A stretch of 47,319 nucleotides of DNA, taken from the sequence record NC_042046.1; one strand, given 5' to 3'. Shown here piece after piece: positions 7,644 through 17,937 of this stretch. How positions within the stretch are numbered: the first letter of the stretch is position 1; the number at the start of each line of letters is the position of its first letter. This DNA comes from Escherichia phage C119. The notes under the pieces are model-generated. The model did no database searches. It had not been told where the DNA came from and was given only the letters and a program-made list of their open reading frames with translations. Position numbers and translations under genes: made by a program.

Positions 7644-10600
7644 ATGGCAGAATTTGCAGGTATCACACTTGGCGTTGACGTTCGCCAGGTTGACCAGGGC
7701 ACAAAGTCCCTGCAAGAATTTAAACGTGCCAATGAACAGGCGGCAGCTGGAGTTAGCGAGTTCGTTAATGCTGAGCTGGTTGCGAAGAATCAGGCTCGCG
7801 ACACTGCAAGGTATCTTTCTGAGCAGAGAAGTGCTTTTCAGTCGCTTCAGTCTGCAATTGATCCAACAGCTTCAAAATTGCGAAAACTTCAAGATGCAGC
7901 AAGTTCTCTTGATAAGGCCTTCTCCGCAGGGGTTGTTCCAGAGGCTGAGTTTTACAGGCTTGGTGAAGCATTAGAAACGCAAACAAATAGGTTAATAAGG
8001 TCTAGGTCAGCATTAACTGAGGAGGGTAGGGCGGCTATAGAAGCTGCAAAAAATAAAGAGTCCGCTGAGAGGCAAGCGCAATCATTTATTAGGTCGCTTC
8101 AAGCGCAGGCTGATGCAGCGACATTAAGTAGGGATGAGTTCTTAAAGTTAAGGGCGGCACAGCTTGGAGTTAGCGATCAGGCAGCACCAATAATAGATAG
8201 AATAACACAGGCATCAAGTAACAATACTAACGCTATAGCAAATCAAAGTAGGGCGTTTCAGGCGGCTGGGATATCGGCAGGTCAGTACAATCAGGCCTTA
8301 AGGTTCCTTCCTGTACAGATCAATGATATCACCAGCTCGATTGCTAACGGTATGCCTTTATTTATGGTGCTTACCCAGCAAATACCGCAGATTACAGATT
8401 CATTTGGTGGATTTTCAAATACATTATCAGCTGCGCAAGGTGCAGTTATAGATTATGTATCATCAATAGGAGAGCTGAGAAGTTCATTTGCTGATGTTAA
8501 GACTCTTGGTGATGAGGCTATCTTAAGGTTTGGTCGTGCTGCAACTATATTTGGTGGCGCGATAGTTGCTTCATTAGCTGTTCTTGGTAAAGCCGCTTAC
8601 GACTCATTTATTGAGGTTAGGCAACTTAATAACGCAATAATTGAAACTGGAAGGTCGTCGACTTTATCAGTTGCCGCTATCAAGGATTACGCTGATCAGC
8701 TAAATGAAACATCAAGGGCAACAAAAGGTTCTATTGGTGACATTTACCAGTCGCTAGTATCAAACGGAAGGCTTACTGTTAGTCAGATTAACTTAATCGC
8801 TAAGTCTGTTGCTAACCTTTCAGCTGTTAGTTCAAGGTCTGCGGAATCAATAATATCTGACTTTGATAAGATAGCAAAAGATCCAGTTAAGGGGCTGATA
8901 GAGTTAGATAAGCAATTTAACTTTCTTAGCGAAGGGCAGTTGACCCTAGTTAACAACCTAAAAGAAACGGAAGGGCAAACAGCAGCAGTAACAGCAGCTT
9001 TAGAAATATTTGCAGCTAGAAATGAGTCAGTTACAAAGCAGATTGAAGGCTCGCTTACACCTCTTGAATTGGCTTGGGGCGATTTCCGTAAGTTCGTTTC
9101 AGACACATGGGATGCTATAGGTGACAGGACTATAGGAGCTCTAAACCTATTTACTGACGTTATAGCTGCGACTATTGAGCGAATAAGACTGATAATTGGC
9201 ACTGGCGACAAGCTAATAAATGATTTCGTAATACGCGGAATAGAGGCGTTACAAAAGATACCAGGAGCATCTGGCGTTGGTAATGGAATAGCCGAACAAC
9301 TAAGGAAGGATAATGACGCAATAGAAAAGGAAAACATAAGGCTAGCTAAATCTATCGCTGATAGGGATGCAAGGGTTCGCAGGGGCGAGACTGGTTACTT
9401 GAGTGTTGGAGAGGGTTCAGAAAGTCAAACTGGAACTTCTGATAGAGATTCAGAATCAAGAAGAAAGGCTTTGGCCGATGAGATTAAAGCAATTGAGGAG
9501 AGAAGTAAAAAGACAAAATCTGGAGCAAAAGAAGAGAGGGATTTGACTATAAGTTATGAGTCTGGCGTTCTAGCTCTTCAGGCTCAGCTTAAGGTTCTTC
9601 AGGAGCACCGCCAGATTAGTGATGTTATCAGTAACGAACGCAAGCAGCTTTTTGCGGAGGAAGCTAAGTTTGCAATCCTTAATGAAAGGCTTGCAGACGG
9701 AACCATCACAAAGCAACAGCGATCATTACTGTTGCAGCAGGATAAAATCTTAGGACTTGCTCGCGAGAAGGCTGAGATTGGCGACCAGATTGTGCTGCAA
9801 GAAAGGGCCAATAAACTTCTTGATGACAACATCAAGAAGACTCGGCAGATTAACGCTGAAGCGGCATCAATTAGTGTTGGAGCAGGATTATCTCAGCGCG
9901 AAGCGGAAAGGCGGCGTGAGTTGGCGGCGCTAGAAGCCCAGCAAATTTCTAAAGGTGGCTCCGTAGATGACACTGACTTCCAGGCTTTACTTCAGGCTCG
10001 TCAGAATTTCTACAATCAGGAAGATGCATTACGTGGTAACTGGCTGGCTGGCGTTAAATCTGCGTTTGCTGAGACGGCTGATGAATTGGCAAACTTTAAT
10101 CAGATTGGTTCCGAGCTAGCCATGAGTGCCTTTAACGGATTGACTGACCAGATAACAAACCTGGTAACTACTGGAGAAGCTAGCTTCCGTGAGTTTACCG
10201 CATCGATTCTGAAGCAGATTGCACGCATTGCAACGCAGCTACTTTTAATTAAGGCGATTGAATCAACCATCTCCAGTTTTGGCGGTAGTGGTGGTGCAAT
10301 TGGCTCTATTGGTAGCGCATTTGGTTTCGCTTCTGGCGGTTATACTGGAAACGGTGGTAAGTACGAGCCAGCTGGCACGGTGCATAAAGGTGAATTCGTC
10401 TTTACGAAGGAGGCAACCTCAAGGATTGGCGTTGATAACCTTTATAAGTTAATGCGCGGATACGCAAATGGTGGAGTGGTTGGTGCTGGTCCTGGCTATG
10501 CGACTGGCGGGCTTGTTGGTGGAAGTAACGTTAATGTTGGTGGAGTGAATGTTACCGTTCAGACAGGTCTTGGCGGTGGTGGCGGTAATGACGCTAAACA

Positions 10601-10697
10601 GTTAGAATCTGGTATCAGGGTTATCATCGCGGAAGAGATTACTCAGTCCTTCCAGCAGGGCGGAACGGCTTACCAGTTCTTGCGAGGTTATAGTTAA
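7644..10697 (+). CDS. Tail tape measure protein
   Basis: About 1017 aa, long alpha-helical Ala/Gln/Glu-rich protein with Gly-rich C-terminal region, downstream of the chaperone pair; ATG 7644 after GGAGG (ORF track starts at an alternative TTG 7617). Confidence 0.85.
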   Translation: MAEFAGITLGVDVRQVDQGTKSLQEFKRANEQAAAGVSEFVNAELVAKNQARDTARYLSEQRSAFQSLQSAIDPTASKLRKLQDAASSLDKAFSAGVVPEAEFYRLGEALETQTNRLIRSRSALTEEGRAAIEAAKNKESAERQAQSFIRSLQAQADAATLSRDEFLKLRAAQLGVSDQAAPIIDRITQASSNNTNAIANQSRAFQAAGISAGQYNQALRFLPVQINDITSSIANGMPLFMVLTQQIPQITDSFGGFSNTLSAAQGAVIDYVSSIGELRSSFADVKTLGDEAILRFGRAATIFGGAIVASLAVLGKAAYDSFIEVRQLNNAIIETGRSSTLSVAAIKDYADQLNETSRATKGSIGDIYQSLVSNGRLTVSQINLIAKSVANLSAVSSRSAESIISDFDKIAKDPVKGLIELDKQFNFLSEGQLTLVNNLKETEGQTAAVTAALEIFAARNESVTKQIEGSLTPLELAWGDFRKFVSDTWDAIGDRTIGALNLFTDVIAATIERIRLIIGTGDKLINDFVIRGIEALQKIPGASGVGNGIAEQLRKDNDAIEKENIRLAKSIADRDARVRRGETGYLSVGEGSESQTGTSDRDSESRRKALADEIKAIEERSKKTKSGAKEERDLTISYESGVLALQAQLKVLQEHRQISDVISNERKQLFAEEAKFAILNERLADGTITKQQRSLLLQQDKILGLAREKAEIGDQIVLQERANKLLDDNIKKTRQINAEAASISVGAGLSQREAERRRELAALEAQQISKGGSVDDTDFQALLQARQNFYNQEDALRGNWLAGVKSAFAETADELANFNQIGSELAMSAFNGLTDQITNLVTTGEASFREFTASILKQIARIATQLLLIKAIESTISSFGGSGGAIGSIGSAFGFASGGYTGNGGKYEPAGTVHKGEFVFTKEATSRIGVDNLYKLMRGYANGGVVGAGPGYATGGLVGGSNVNVGGVNVTVQTGLGGGGGNDAKQLESGIRVIIAEEITQSFQQGGTAYQFLRGYS

Positions 10698-10728
10698 TAA
10701 ATGGGGCTTCGGCCCCTAAGGATTTTAA

Positions 10729-11079
10729 ATGGCATTAGATACTTTTACATGGTGTACCCAAATTCAAGGTGGATCAGCAAACTTTACTAACGCGAATAAC
10801 GTTAGGGTTGTTAGCTTTGGCAATGGCTACGAGCAGCGCGGAACCGGAGGTTACAGGACCAATAAGCGCACCTACAACATGACCTACACCAACACCAGCT
10901 GGAAGGAAGTGTTGGACTTCTGCTTTGCTCACATCATCACCCCGTTCGCATGGACAACTCCGCAGGGTGAGCTTAAGCTGTTTGTTGTAGCTCAGGACAG
11001 TATCAGCGTCACACCAAACACCAAGGACGTGCAGACTGTATCAATGCAGTTTGTAGAAGTTTTCACATCTATGCAGTAA
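10729..11079 (+). CDS. Minor tail protein (lambda gpM-like)
   Basis: 116 aa ORF immediately after the tape measure gene, TAAGGA RBS; first gene of the M-L-K-I-J run. Confidence 0.65.
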   Translation: MALDTFTWCTQIQGGSANFTNANNVRVVSFGNGYEQRGTGGYRTNKRTYNMTYTNTSWKEVLDFCFAHIITPFAWTTPQGELKLFVVAQDSISVTPNTKDVQTVSMQFVEVFTSMQ

Positions 11080-11151
11080 ATAGCACTAATTGCTAAACAG
11101 AAATACCAAGGAAGGTTTACAATTAAAAAACTTAAACAAGAGGTGATTGAT

Positions 11152-11367
11152 ATGAAAATTAATTTGCTTTGCACAAATGCTGAAGTTGGTGTCTTTGATT
11201 TAAATGTTGGTCAAACTTATGTGGCATACTTCAATGATGATTATGGTCATTATGAACTTTCTGATGAAGGTTTTTCTTATGAGTTAAGCGAGGTTAGAGG
11301 TGCTCCTTTGACTTTCTACTGTAAATCTTTTAGTGGTGGATTGGTGACATTCATTAAAGTAAACTAA
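11152..11367 (+). CDS. Hypothetical small protein (72 aa) inserted between tail genes M and L
   Basis: ATG 11152 with AAGAGG RBS; preceded by cassette motif aaatagcactaattgctaaa (11078-11097) and followed by its own hairpin terminator (11368-11389); AT-rich relative to neighbours. Confidence 0.6.
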   Translation: MKINLLCTNAEVGVFDLNVGQTYVAYFNDDYGHYELSDEGFSYELSEVRGAPLTFYCKSFSGGLVTFIKVN

Positions 11368-11389
11368 GGCCCTACGGGGTCTTTTTATT
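11368..11389 (+). terminator. Rho-independent terminator after the inserted small gene
   Basis: ggccc-UACG-gggtc hairpin followed by tttttatt. Confidence 0.6.
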
Positions 11390-11400
11390 GGAGAAATATT

Positions 11401-12165
11401 ATGGCTACGCCATTGAGCACTAAGTTTGAGAATCAATTACAAAGCTTGTTCCCTGGTGAGGTTGTCACGTTGATTGAGGTTGACGGAGGAAAGTTTGGTG
11501 CACCAGTTTACCGATTTCATGGGGAGAATATCAGCTATACCCCAGAAGAAATCATGATGGCGCAATCAACAGGCCAGCCACTACCAGCAAAGACAATTAC
11601 CTTCCGTGGGCAAGAGTACGGAGCAAGGCCTTTCGGTATTCAGGGGATCAATATGACCTCTGATGGCAAGGCAAATAAGGTGACTCTAGTCGTATCCAAC
11701 GTAGACCAGAATATATCTGCGCTTATCCGCACTTACAATGGACTTGTTCAGGCCAAAGTTACTATCTGGATCACCCTCCGCGAGAATATTAACGAAGATG
11801 GCACCATTGCTGATGGGGATTACCGCAAGCTGGTTTACTTCATTGAGCGACCTAAGCAGGTTGATTACAATACAGCCTCATTTGAACTAACTAGCCCAAT
11901 GGATATGGATGGTATTTACATTCCAGCGCGACTTGTTCAGTCTGTTTGTTATTGGGCACAGCGAGGGCTTTACCGATCAGGTAATGGATGTAACTACATG
12001 GGTACTCGATATTTCGATAAGGACAACGCGCCTGTGACTGACCCATCGCAAGACTTCTGTGCCGGAACGGTTCGTGCGTGCAAGCTAAGGTTCGGAGAAA
12101 ATAATCAGTTAGACTTTGGTGGTTGCGCTGCTGCAAGCCTGCAAGCTAAAGCCAACCAAAACTAA
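11401..12165 (+). CDS. Minor tail protein L (lambda gpL-like)
   Basis: 254 aa; C-terminal Cys cluster (CYWAQ...GNGCNY...FCAGTVRACK...GGCAAAS) as in Fe-S-binding gpL-type proteins; position between M and K. Confidence 0.75.
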   Translation: MATPLSTKFENQLQSLFPGEVVTLIEVDGGKFGAPVYRFHGENISYTPEEIMMAQSTGQPLPAKTITFRGQEYGARPFGIQGINMTSDGKANKVTLVVSNVDQNISALIRTYNGLVQAKVTIWITLRENINEDGTIADGDYRKLVYFIERPKQVDYNTASFELTSPMDMDGIYIPARLVQSVCYWAQRGLYRSGNGCNYMGTRYFDKDNAPVTDPSQDFCAGTVRACKLRFGENNQLDFGGCAAASLQAKANQN

Positions 12166-12174
12166 GGAGAGGTA

Positions 12175-12921
12175 ATGTTAACGCCTAAAGTTAAGATCGA
12201 AATATTTCGCCACGCCAACGAGGTTTACCCGCAAGAATCTTGCGGGGTTGTAACTCAGAAGGGGATGGCGCAGAAGTATCACAGGATTACCAACGTATCC
12301 AAAACACCAGAGCAATCATTCATTCTCGACCCAATGGAATTCATGGAGATTTCGGACAATGAAAGCGTTGTTTATGTTGTACATTCACATACTGGTGATG
12401 GCGCTACTACTAGGCCAAGCGCAGCTGATATTTGCAGCTGCAATGAGTGCGATCTGCCTTATGTTATTGTTTCTATACCTGAAGGGGACTTGCGGATTAT
12501 TCAGCCAGAAAAGATGCCGCTTGCTGGTCGCCCATGGGGTCTTGGCAGCTTCGACTGCTGGGGTTTGGTTATGGAATTTCACAAGCTACACGGTGTTAAG
12601 CTTAACGATTATCGCGTAGATTATCAGTGGTGGACCAATGAATACCCTGACAATATCTACGATGATAATTGGGAGTTAGAAGGGTTCGAATTAGTCAGAA
12701 GCAATGATATTCCAATTGGCTCAATGGTTATGATGCAGATTCAGAGCGAGAAGACCAACCACGCCGCCATATACATTGGTGACAATAAAATCCTACACCA
12801 TTTATATGGTAAGATGAGTAAGGTTGATTTGTACGGCGATTACTATCGTGAGCGGACTGTACGAATCGTAAGGCATAAAGATTTACCGGAGGATGCTGGT
12901 TATGACCCAGAACGTGATTGA
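12175..12921 (+). CDS. Tail assembly protein K (JAB/MPN plus NlpC/P60 domains)
   Basis: JAMM-like motif HSHTGDGATTRPSAADICSC and NlpC/P60-like GSFDCWGLV...H; AAGGAGAGG RBS. Confidence 0.8.
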   Translation: MLTPKVKIEIFRHANEVYPQESCGVVTQKGMAQKYHRITNVSKTPEQSFILDPMEFMEISDNESVVYVVHSHTGDGATTRPSAADICSCNECDLPYVIVSIPEGDLRIIQPEKMPLAGRPWGLGSFDCWGLVMEFHKLHGVKLNDYRVDYQWWTNEYPDNIYDDNWELEGFELVRSNDIPIGSMVMMQIQSEKTNHAAIYIGDNKILHHLYGKMSKVDLYGDYYRERTVRIVRHKDLPEDAGYDPERD

Positions 12922-13468
12922 TGTTAAGTTGGGATTAGGTTTGGGCAGGAGGTTTGGAAAGCTACATAAGCTTTGCGTTAAAACGGTTCCAGAGGCAATG
13001 CGGGCGCTGTCTGTAAACATCCCTGAGTTTAAAGATTTCATGCGTAGCCATGTGGGCCAGAACACAAGGTTTGCTGTATTCGTTGACGGTAAGAATGTTA
13101 ACGAGCACAAGATTAATGACCTTGAGACTGTGCGTGAAATTAGGATTATGCCAATCCCGCAAGGTCGAAAATCTGGCGGCTTATTCCAGACCATCCTTGG
13201 AGGTGTACTTTTGGTGGCATCATACTTCTTTCCTGTTCTTTTGCCAGTGGCTGTAGGCCTCCTTGCTGGTGGAGTGGCTCAGTTATTGGCGCCACAAGCT
13301 ACAGGATTGAATGACCAGGCATCACAAACAAGCAACCGAGCATCATACGCATTCGGCTCAGCAGTAAATACAATTGCGGCAGGCAACCCCGTTTGCTTAC
13401 CTTATGGATATCGAACTGTTGGTGGTGCTGTATTTAGTGCAGGCTCGTATGCAGAAGACATTAGTTAA
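12893..13468 (+). CDS. Tail assembly protein I (gpI-like)
   Basis: ATG 12893 after GGAGG, overlaps the end of K; hydrophobic C-terminal half; position before J. Confidence 0.65.
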   Translation: MLVMTQNVIDVKLGLGLGRRFGKLHKLCVKTVPEAMRALSVNIPEFKDFMRSHVGQNTRFAVFVDGKNVNEHKINDLETVREIRIMPIPQGRKSGGLFQTILGGVLLVASYFFPVLLPVAVGLLAGGVAQLLAPQATGLNDQASQTSNRASYAFGSAVNTIAAGNPVCLPYGYRTVGGAVFSAGSYAEDIS

Positions 13469-13475
13469 AATCACA

Positions 13476-13500
13476 ACCCGCCTAGTGCGGGTTTTTTATT
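13476..13500 (+). terminator. Hairpin plus T-tract between gpI-like and gpJ-like genes
   Basis: cccgcctagtgcggg followed by ttttttatt. Confidence 0.5.
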
Positions 13501-13509
13501 TAGTGTAGA

Positions 13510-16500
13510 ATGGCACAAATGGTTAAACAAACAACGAGGTTATATGATATGGCCGATTTGCCAAAGATTTATGGAAGCAAGGGTGGTAGCAAGAAGCCGC
13601 ACACACCTGTAGAGCAAGAAGATAACCTGATTTCACTAAACAAGATTAAGGTGCTACTGGCTGTAGCTGATGGAGAGGTTGATTCTAGTTTCTCGCTCAA
13701 GGATGTTTACCTTGCTGACGTTCCGGTGCAAAACCAGGATAACTCATTCAACTATGAAGGTGTTACGGCAGAGTTTAGGTCTGGTACTCAGTCGCAGGAT
13801 TACATCGCAGGACTAGATGGCGCAGCTTCAGAGATTCAGGTTAGTCGTGAAATCAATAATGACACACCTTATATCATCGCAGTCAACAACAGTCAGCTAT
13901 CAGCAATTCGAGTCAAGCTGTTCTGGCCTCGACTCGTTAAGCAAGAAGAGAATGGAGATTTAAATGGCACAACATGTGAATATGCAATCGATTTATCAGT
14001 TAATGGCTCAGCGTACACTGAGTATATCAGAGGCGTGGCTAACGGTAAAACTACAACAGGTTACGACCGCAGTATCAGGGTTAACTTACCAGCCGAGTTT
14101 AGCAGCGCTCTTGTTCGTATTAGGAAGTTAACGCCAGACTCAACAAATAGCACCCTGGTTAACGGGATGCAGATCACAACCTATCAGGAAGTAATCGATG
14201 CTAAATTCCGCTACCCTCTTACGGCACTTGTTTACGTGGAGTTCAGTTCTGACCTGTTCCCTAACGGGATCCCAACTATAGCCATTAAGAAAAAGTGGAA
14301 ACTTATCCGCGTACCGACAAACTACAATCCAGAGACAAGGGCTTATAGCGGCACATGGAATGGAACTTTTAAAATGGCATGGTCTGACAACCCGGCCTGG
14401 GTTTTATATGATCTGGTGGTTAGTCAGCGCTACGGATTGGATCAGCGAGAGCTTGGTGTAGAGATTGATAAGTGGGGTCTGTATGAAGCAGCGCAATTCT
14501 GCGACCAGATGGTTCCTGATGGTAAGGGTGGAATGGAGCCGCGATATACTTGTAACGTTGTCATTCAGCAGAAAGTGGAAGCGTATCAGCTTATTCGTGA
14601 CATCTGTTCTATCTTCCGCGGTTTAACCTTCTATGATGGTGAGCAAATCGGGATTGTTGTAGACAGGCCGCGCCAGCCAAGCTATGTGTTCACTAATGAT
14701 AACGTTGTTGATGGATTGTTTAACAGGACATTCTCTAGCGACAAGAGCCTTTACACGACAGCCAACGTTCAGTTTGATGACGAGCAGAACAACTACCAGC
14801 AGGATGTCGAGCCAGTATTCGACTTAGAAGCAACACGCCGATTTGGTTACAACCCTGTAGACTTGACTGCAATTGGCTGCGTAAGGCGAAGCGAGGCTAA
14901 CCGTCGCGGGCGTTGGTTGCTGAAAACAAACCTTCGCAGTGAAACGGTAACGTTCACAACTGGCCTCGAAGGCATGATTCCTATGATTGGTGATGTAATT
15001 GCCGTTAATGACCAGGCTTGGTCAAGCAACTACACATTAAACCTTTCGGGTCGAATTGTTGAAGCTACAGGTTTGCAGGTGTTCGTGCCATTCGCTATTG
15101 ATGCTGACCCTGGCGACAGGATTTTAATCAACAAGCCAGATGGGAGCCCAGAGTACAGGACTATCGCTTCAGTATCTGCCGATAAGTTGACGCTTGAACT
15201 GAATACAGCATTCAGCTTCACACCTCAGCCGGATACGGTATTTGCAATCGACAAGCAGAATCTGGCGTTGCAGCAATACGTTGTGACAGGAATTCAAAAA
15301 GCAAACACGGACGGCGAGGATTCATTCCAGTACAGCATCACTGCGGTGCAGTATGACCCGAACAAGTATGACGAGATTGACTATGGTGTGAATATTGACG
15401 ACAGGCCAACAAGTATCGTTGACCCTGACAGGATTTTACCACCTGAAAATATCACCGTTACTAGTTACAGCAAGGTAGTTCAGGGCTTAAGCGTTGAGAC
15501 GATGGTTATTGGTTACGACAAGGTGCAGTATGCGAAAACATACAACGTACAGTGGCGCAAGAATAACGGCAACTGGATTAACGTACCTGAGACAGCTAAT
15601 ACCGAGGTTGATATTGAAGGCATTTACGCTGGCATCTACGACGTCAGGGTTCGCGCCGTAACTGACCAGAAATCAGTGTCGGCATGGTCAGATATCACGA
15701 CAGTTAGCCTGACTGGCAAGATTGGGGAACCTTCGGAGCCGCCTGTAATTACGGCTTCTGATGATGAGGTTTTCGGGATTAGGGTTAAGTGGGGCTTCCC
15801 TACTGACTCAGCTGATACCGCTTACACCGAGCTTCAGCAGGTTCCTGATAATGGTGACGGAACATATACACCGGAGAACGCGTCACTGCTTACGCTGGTT
15901 CCGTATCCTCAATACGAATATTGGCACACCACTCTACCAGCAGGTAACGTGAGGTGGTACAGGGCCAGGATTATTGACAGGATAGGTAACGTATCTCCGT
16001 GGACTGATTTTGTCAGAGGTATGGCATCCGATGATGTAAGTGCGATCATTGGTGACATCAAGGTTGATATCGAAAACTCTGATGGTTACAAGTATCTTCT
16101 CCAGAACGCCATTGATGCAAATACTGACATCCAGAATCAGGCCGAAGCTATAATCGAGAACGCCCTGGCAAATGATACTGACGTACGCGTTATGACAAAG
16201 GAGAATCTTAACAGGAAGGCGGAATATCGCCAGGCAGTAAGTTTGATTGCTGATGAAACTCAGGCCCGTGTGGACGCTCTCACGCAGCTTAAAGCGCAGA
16301 TTGATGATGAGATTGTTGGTCAGATTACGACAATTGAAACCGCACTTGCTACGGAGACCGAAGCCAGGGCTACAGCTGATACTCAATTAAGCTCAAGGCT
16401 TGGTGATAACGAGGCGGCTTTGAATCAGAAGCTTGACTCTTATGCCACGGTCGAAGGTGTTGGTGTTCAGTACGGCGTTAAGCTCGGCCTGAAGTACAAT

Positions 16501-16935
16501 GGGGTTGAGTACGGCGCTGGAATGAGCATGGAGTTAACTGGTAGTGGTGGAAATGTTCGTAGTCAGTTTATTTTTGATGCTAACAGGTTCGCAATCAGTA
16601 ACGGCATTAGTTCTGGTTCCGGTCAGTGGTCGCTACCTTTCGTTGTGGAGAATAACCAGGTGTTCATTCAGAGCGCGGTGATTCAGGATGGTTCAATTAC
16701 TAACGCGAAGATTGGTAACAGGATTCAATCAAACAACTATGTTGCTGGTAGTGCTGGTTGGGCAATTGATAAATCTGGTTTTGCTGAGTTAAGTAACGCT
16801 ACCGTTCGCGGTAGTTTGTACGCTAACAATGGTAACTTCGCGTTTAACGGAACCAACAATACTGTCGTAATAAACAATAACGGCATAACTGTTAATTTAC
16901 CAAATGGAGGTAGGGTAGTGGTTGGAGTATGGTAA
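13510..16935 (+). CDS. Host specificity / central tail fibre protein (lambda gpJ-like)
   Basis: 1141 aa, last gene of the tail-tip run, followed by a bidirectional terminator. Confidence 0.85.
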   Translation: MAQMVKQTTRLYDMADLPKIYGSKGGSKKPHTPVEQEDNLISLNKIKVLLAVADGEVDSSFSLKDVYLADVPVQNQDNSFNYEGVTAEFRSGTQSQDYIAGLDGAASEIQVSREINNDTPYIIAVNNSQLSAIRVKLFWPRLVKQEENGDLNGTTCEYAIDLSVNGSAYTEYIRGVANGKTTTGYDRSIRVNLPAEFSSALVRIRKLTPDSTNSTLVNGMQITTYQEVIDAKFRYPLTALVYVEFSSDLFPNGIPTIAIKKKWKLIRVPTNYNPETRAYSGTWNGTFKMAWSDNPAWVLYDLVVSQRYGLDQRELGVEIDKWGLYEAAQFCDQMVPDGKGGMEPRYTCNVVIQQKVEAYQLIRDICSIFRGLTFYDGEQIGIVVDRPRQPSYVFTNDNVVDGLFNRTFSSDKSLYTTANVQFDDEQNNYQQDVEPVFDLEATRRFGYNPVDLTAIGCVRRSEANRRGRWLLKTNLRSETVTFTTGLEGMIPMIGDVIAVNDQAWSSNYTLNLSGRIVEATGLQVFVPFAIDADPGDRILINKPDGSPEYRTIASVSADKLTLELNTAFSFTPQPDTVFAIDKQNLALQQYVVTGIQKANTDGEDSFQYSITAVQYDPNKYDEIDYGVNIDDRPTSIVDPDRILPPENITVTSYSKVVQGLSVETMVIGYDKVQYAKTYNVQWRKNNGNWINVPETANTEVDIEGIYAGIYDVRVRAVTDQKSVSAWSDITTVSLTGKIGEPSEPPVITASDDEVFGIRVKWGFPTDSADTAYTELQQVPDNGDGTYTPENASLLTLVPYPQYEYWHTTLPAGNVRWYRARIIDRIGNVSPWTDFVRGMASDDVSAIIGDIKVDIENSDGYKYLLQNAIDANTDIQNQAEAIIENALANDTDVRVMTKENLNRKAEYRQAVSLIADETQARVDALTQLKAQIDDEIVGQITTIETALATETEARATADTQLSSRLGDNEAALNQKLDSYATVEGVGVQYGVKLGLKYNGVEYGAGMSMELTGSGGNVRSQFIFDANRFAISNGISSGSGQWSLPFVVENNQVFIQSAVIQDGSITNAKIGNRIQSNNYVAGSAGWAIDKSGFAELSNATVRGSLYANNGNFAFNGTNNTVVINNNGITVNLPNGGRVVVGVW

Positions 16936-16958
16936 ATGATTAAGCCCCTTTCGGGGCT
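16932..16958. terminator. Bidirectional rho-independent terminator between gpJ-like gene (+) and receptor-binding gene (-)
   Basis: aagcccctttcggggctt hairpin flanked by T-rich sequence on the plus strand. Confidence 0.7.
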
Positions 16959-16965
16959 TTTTCTT

Positions 16966-17937
16966 TTAGTAGAAGTTGGGAATAAATGGAAGTGCCATTG
17001 ATATGTTTGTATCAAATGGGAATTGCGCGCCAGTTTGAGTTGAATAGTTACCTATAACAGTGCCTGGGACGGCTCTAACTGAACCTCCAGACATGCAAAC
17101 ACCCTTGTATCGTAAGTTATTATATCCACCAGTGACTCTAGTTGTCGCTCCGCATCTAAGTATTGGGAAGAACCCACCATTCACCGACTGGTAACCATTA
17201 TTAATCTGCATAAATCCACTTAGAACAAATGGCCTCCTGACGCTAGAGAAAACTATCTTCCCAGCGCTGTTTGATATCGTTAAACCCGGACCAGCTACTG
17301 GAGGTGTATTATTGAAAATAACTAACTGAACGTAAGTACTTGCAGCAACATCATCAATCCCATTGTACGTTATATCCCTACACCATATCGTACTACCATC
17401 ACTTTCAAGTGATACGTTTTGGTTATCCCATTTACCAAAAGGAATGCCGCCAACTGGCAATGATGCAGAGCCATTAACCTGGATGCCACCAACCCAAGCA
17501 GCAGTCATTAATCTGGAATTACTTGATATCGCTGTAAAGTCAGTCGAGTTCTCAACAAGGACACCGGGGCTTGATTGTGATGATGCTGGTAAAATCTCAA
17601 AGCACTGACCGCCAAACTGCAATATGCGACCATTAGCGCCGTTAAAGTTACTTAATGTAATCCTTCCAACCCCATCATTAACCTTCGAGAACCCATTCAT
17701 GTAATAAACTTCTGGTATAACATCATATGCATCAACATAAACAGCCTGAGTTGGCAGGCAGAATGCTGTTGAGCCAGGAGTCATAGTCAGACCGAAATCC
17801 CATGATGATGCTGGTGAGCTTAACCCGCTAGTGTTTATTGAACCAGTCACGGCTGGAACTCTCAAGCCAGCTGTAATTTCCATTGCTGGCCTTCCGTCAT
17901 TCAAATCTATCAAGATACCTTGAGGCATTATTTCCAC
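16966..17937 (-). CDS. Putative receptor-binding protein / tail fibre (323 aa)
   Basis: Minus-strand ORF convergent with the gpJ-like gene, Gly/Ser/Asn/Thr-rich beta-type composition, immediately downstream of a lipoprotein gene (Llp-pb5-like arrangement). Confidence 0.5.
   Translation of the reverse strand: MEIMPQGILIDLNDGRPAMEITAGLRVPAVTGSINTSGLSSPASSWDFGLTMTPGSTAFCLPTQAVYVDAYDVIPEVYYMNGFSKVNDGVGRITLSNFNGANGRILQFGGQCFEILPASSQSSPGVLVENSTDFTAISSNSRLMTAAWVGGIQVNGSASLPVGGIPFGKWDNQNVSLESDGSTIWCRDITYNGIDDVAASTYVQLVIFNNTPPVAGPGLTISNSAGKIVFSSVRRPFVLSGFMQINNGYQSVNGGFFPILRCGATTRVTGGYNNLRYKGVCMSGGSVRAVPGTVIGNYSTQTGAQFPFDTNISMALPFIPNFY

Noticed and set aside
8783-9835. Antisense and alternative-frame ORFs inside the tape measure gene (8783-9337 -, 9599-9835 -, 10258-10452 +, 7633-7974 +, 7765-7986 -)
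   Set aside because: Fully embedded in a long, well-supported gene; Ser/Leu-rich low-complexity products typical of antisense frames.
14847-16386. Minus-strand ORFs inside the gpJ-like gene (14847-15029, 15030-15221, 15934-16386) and a plus-frame ORF at 15761-15952
   Set aside because: Embedded in the 1141-aa host-specificity gene with no independent signals.
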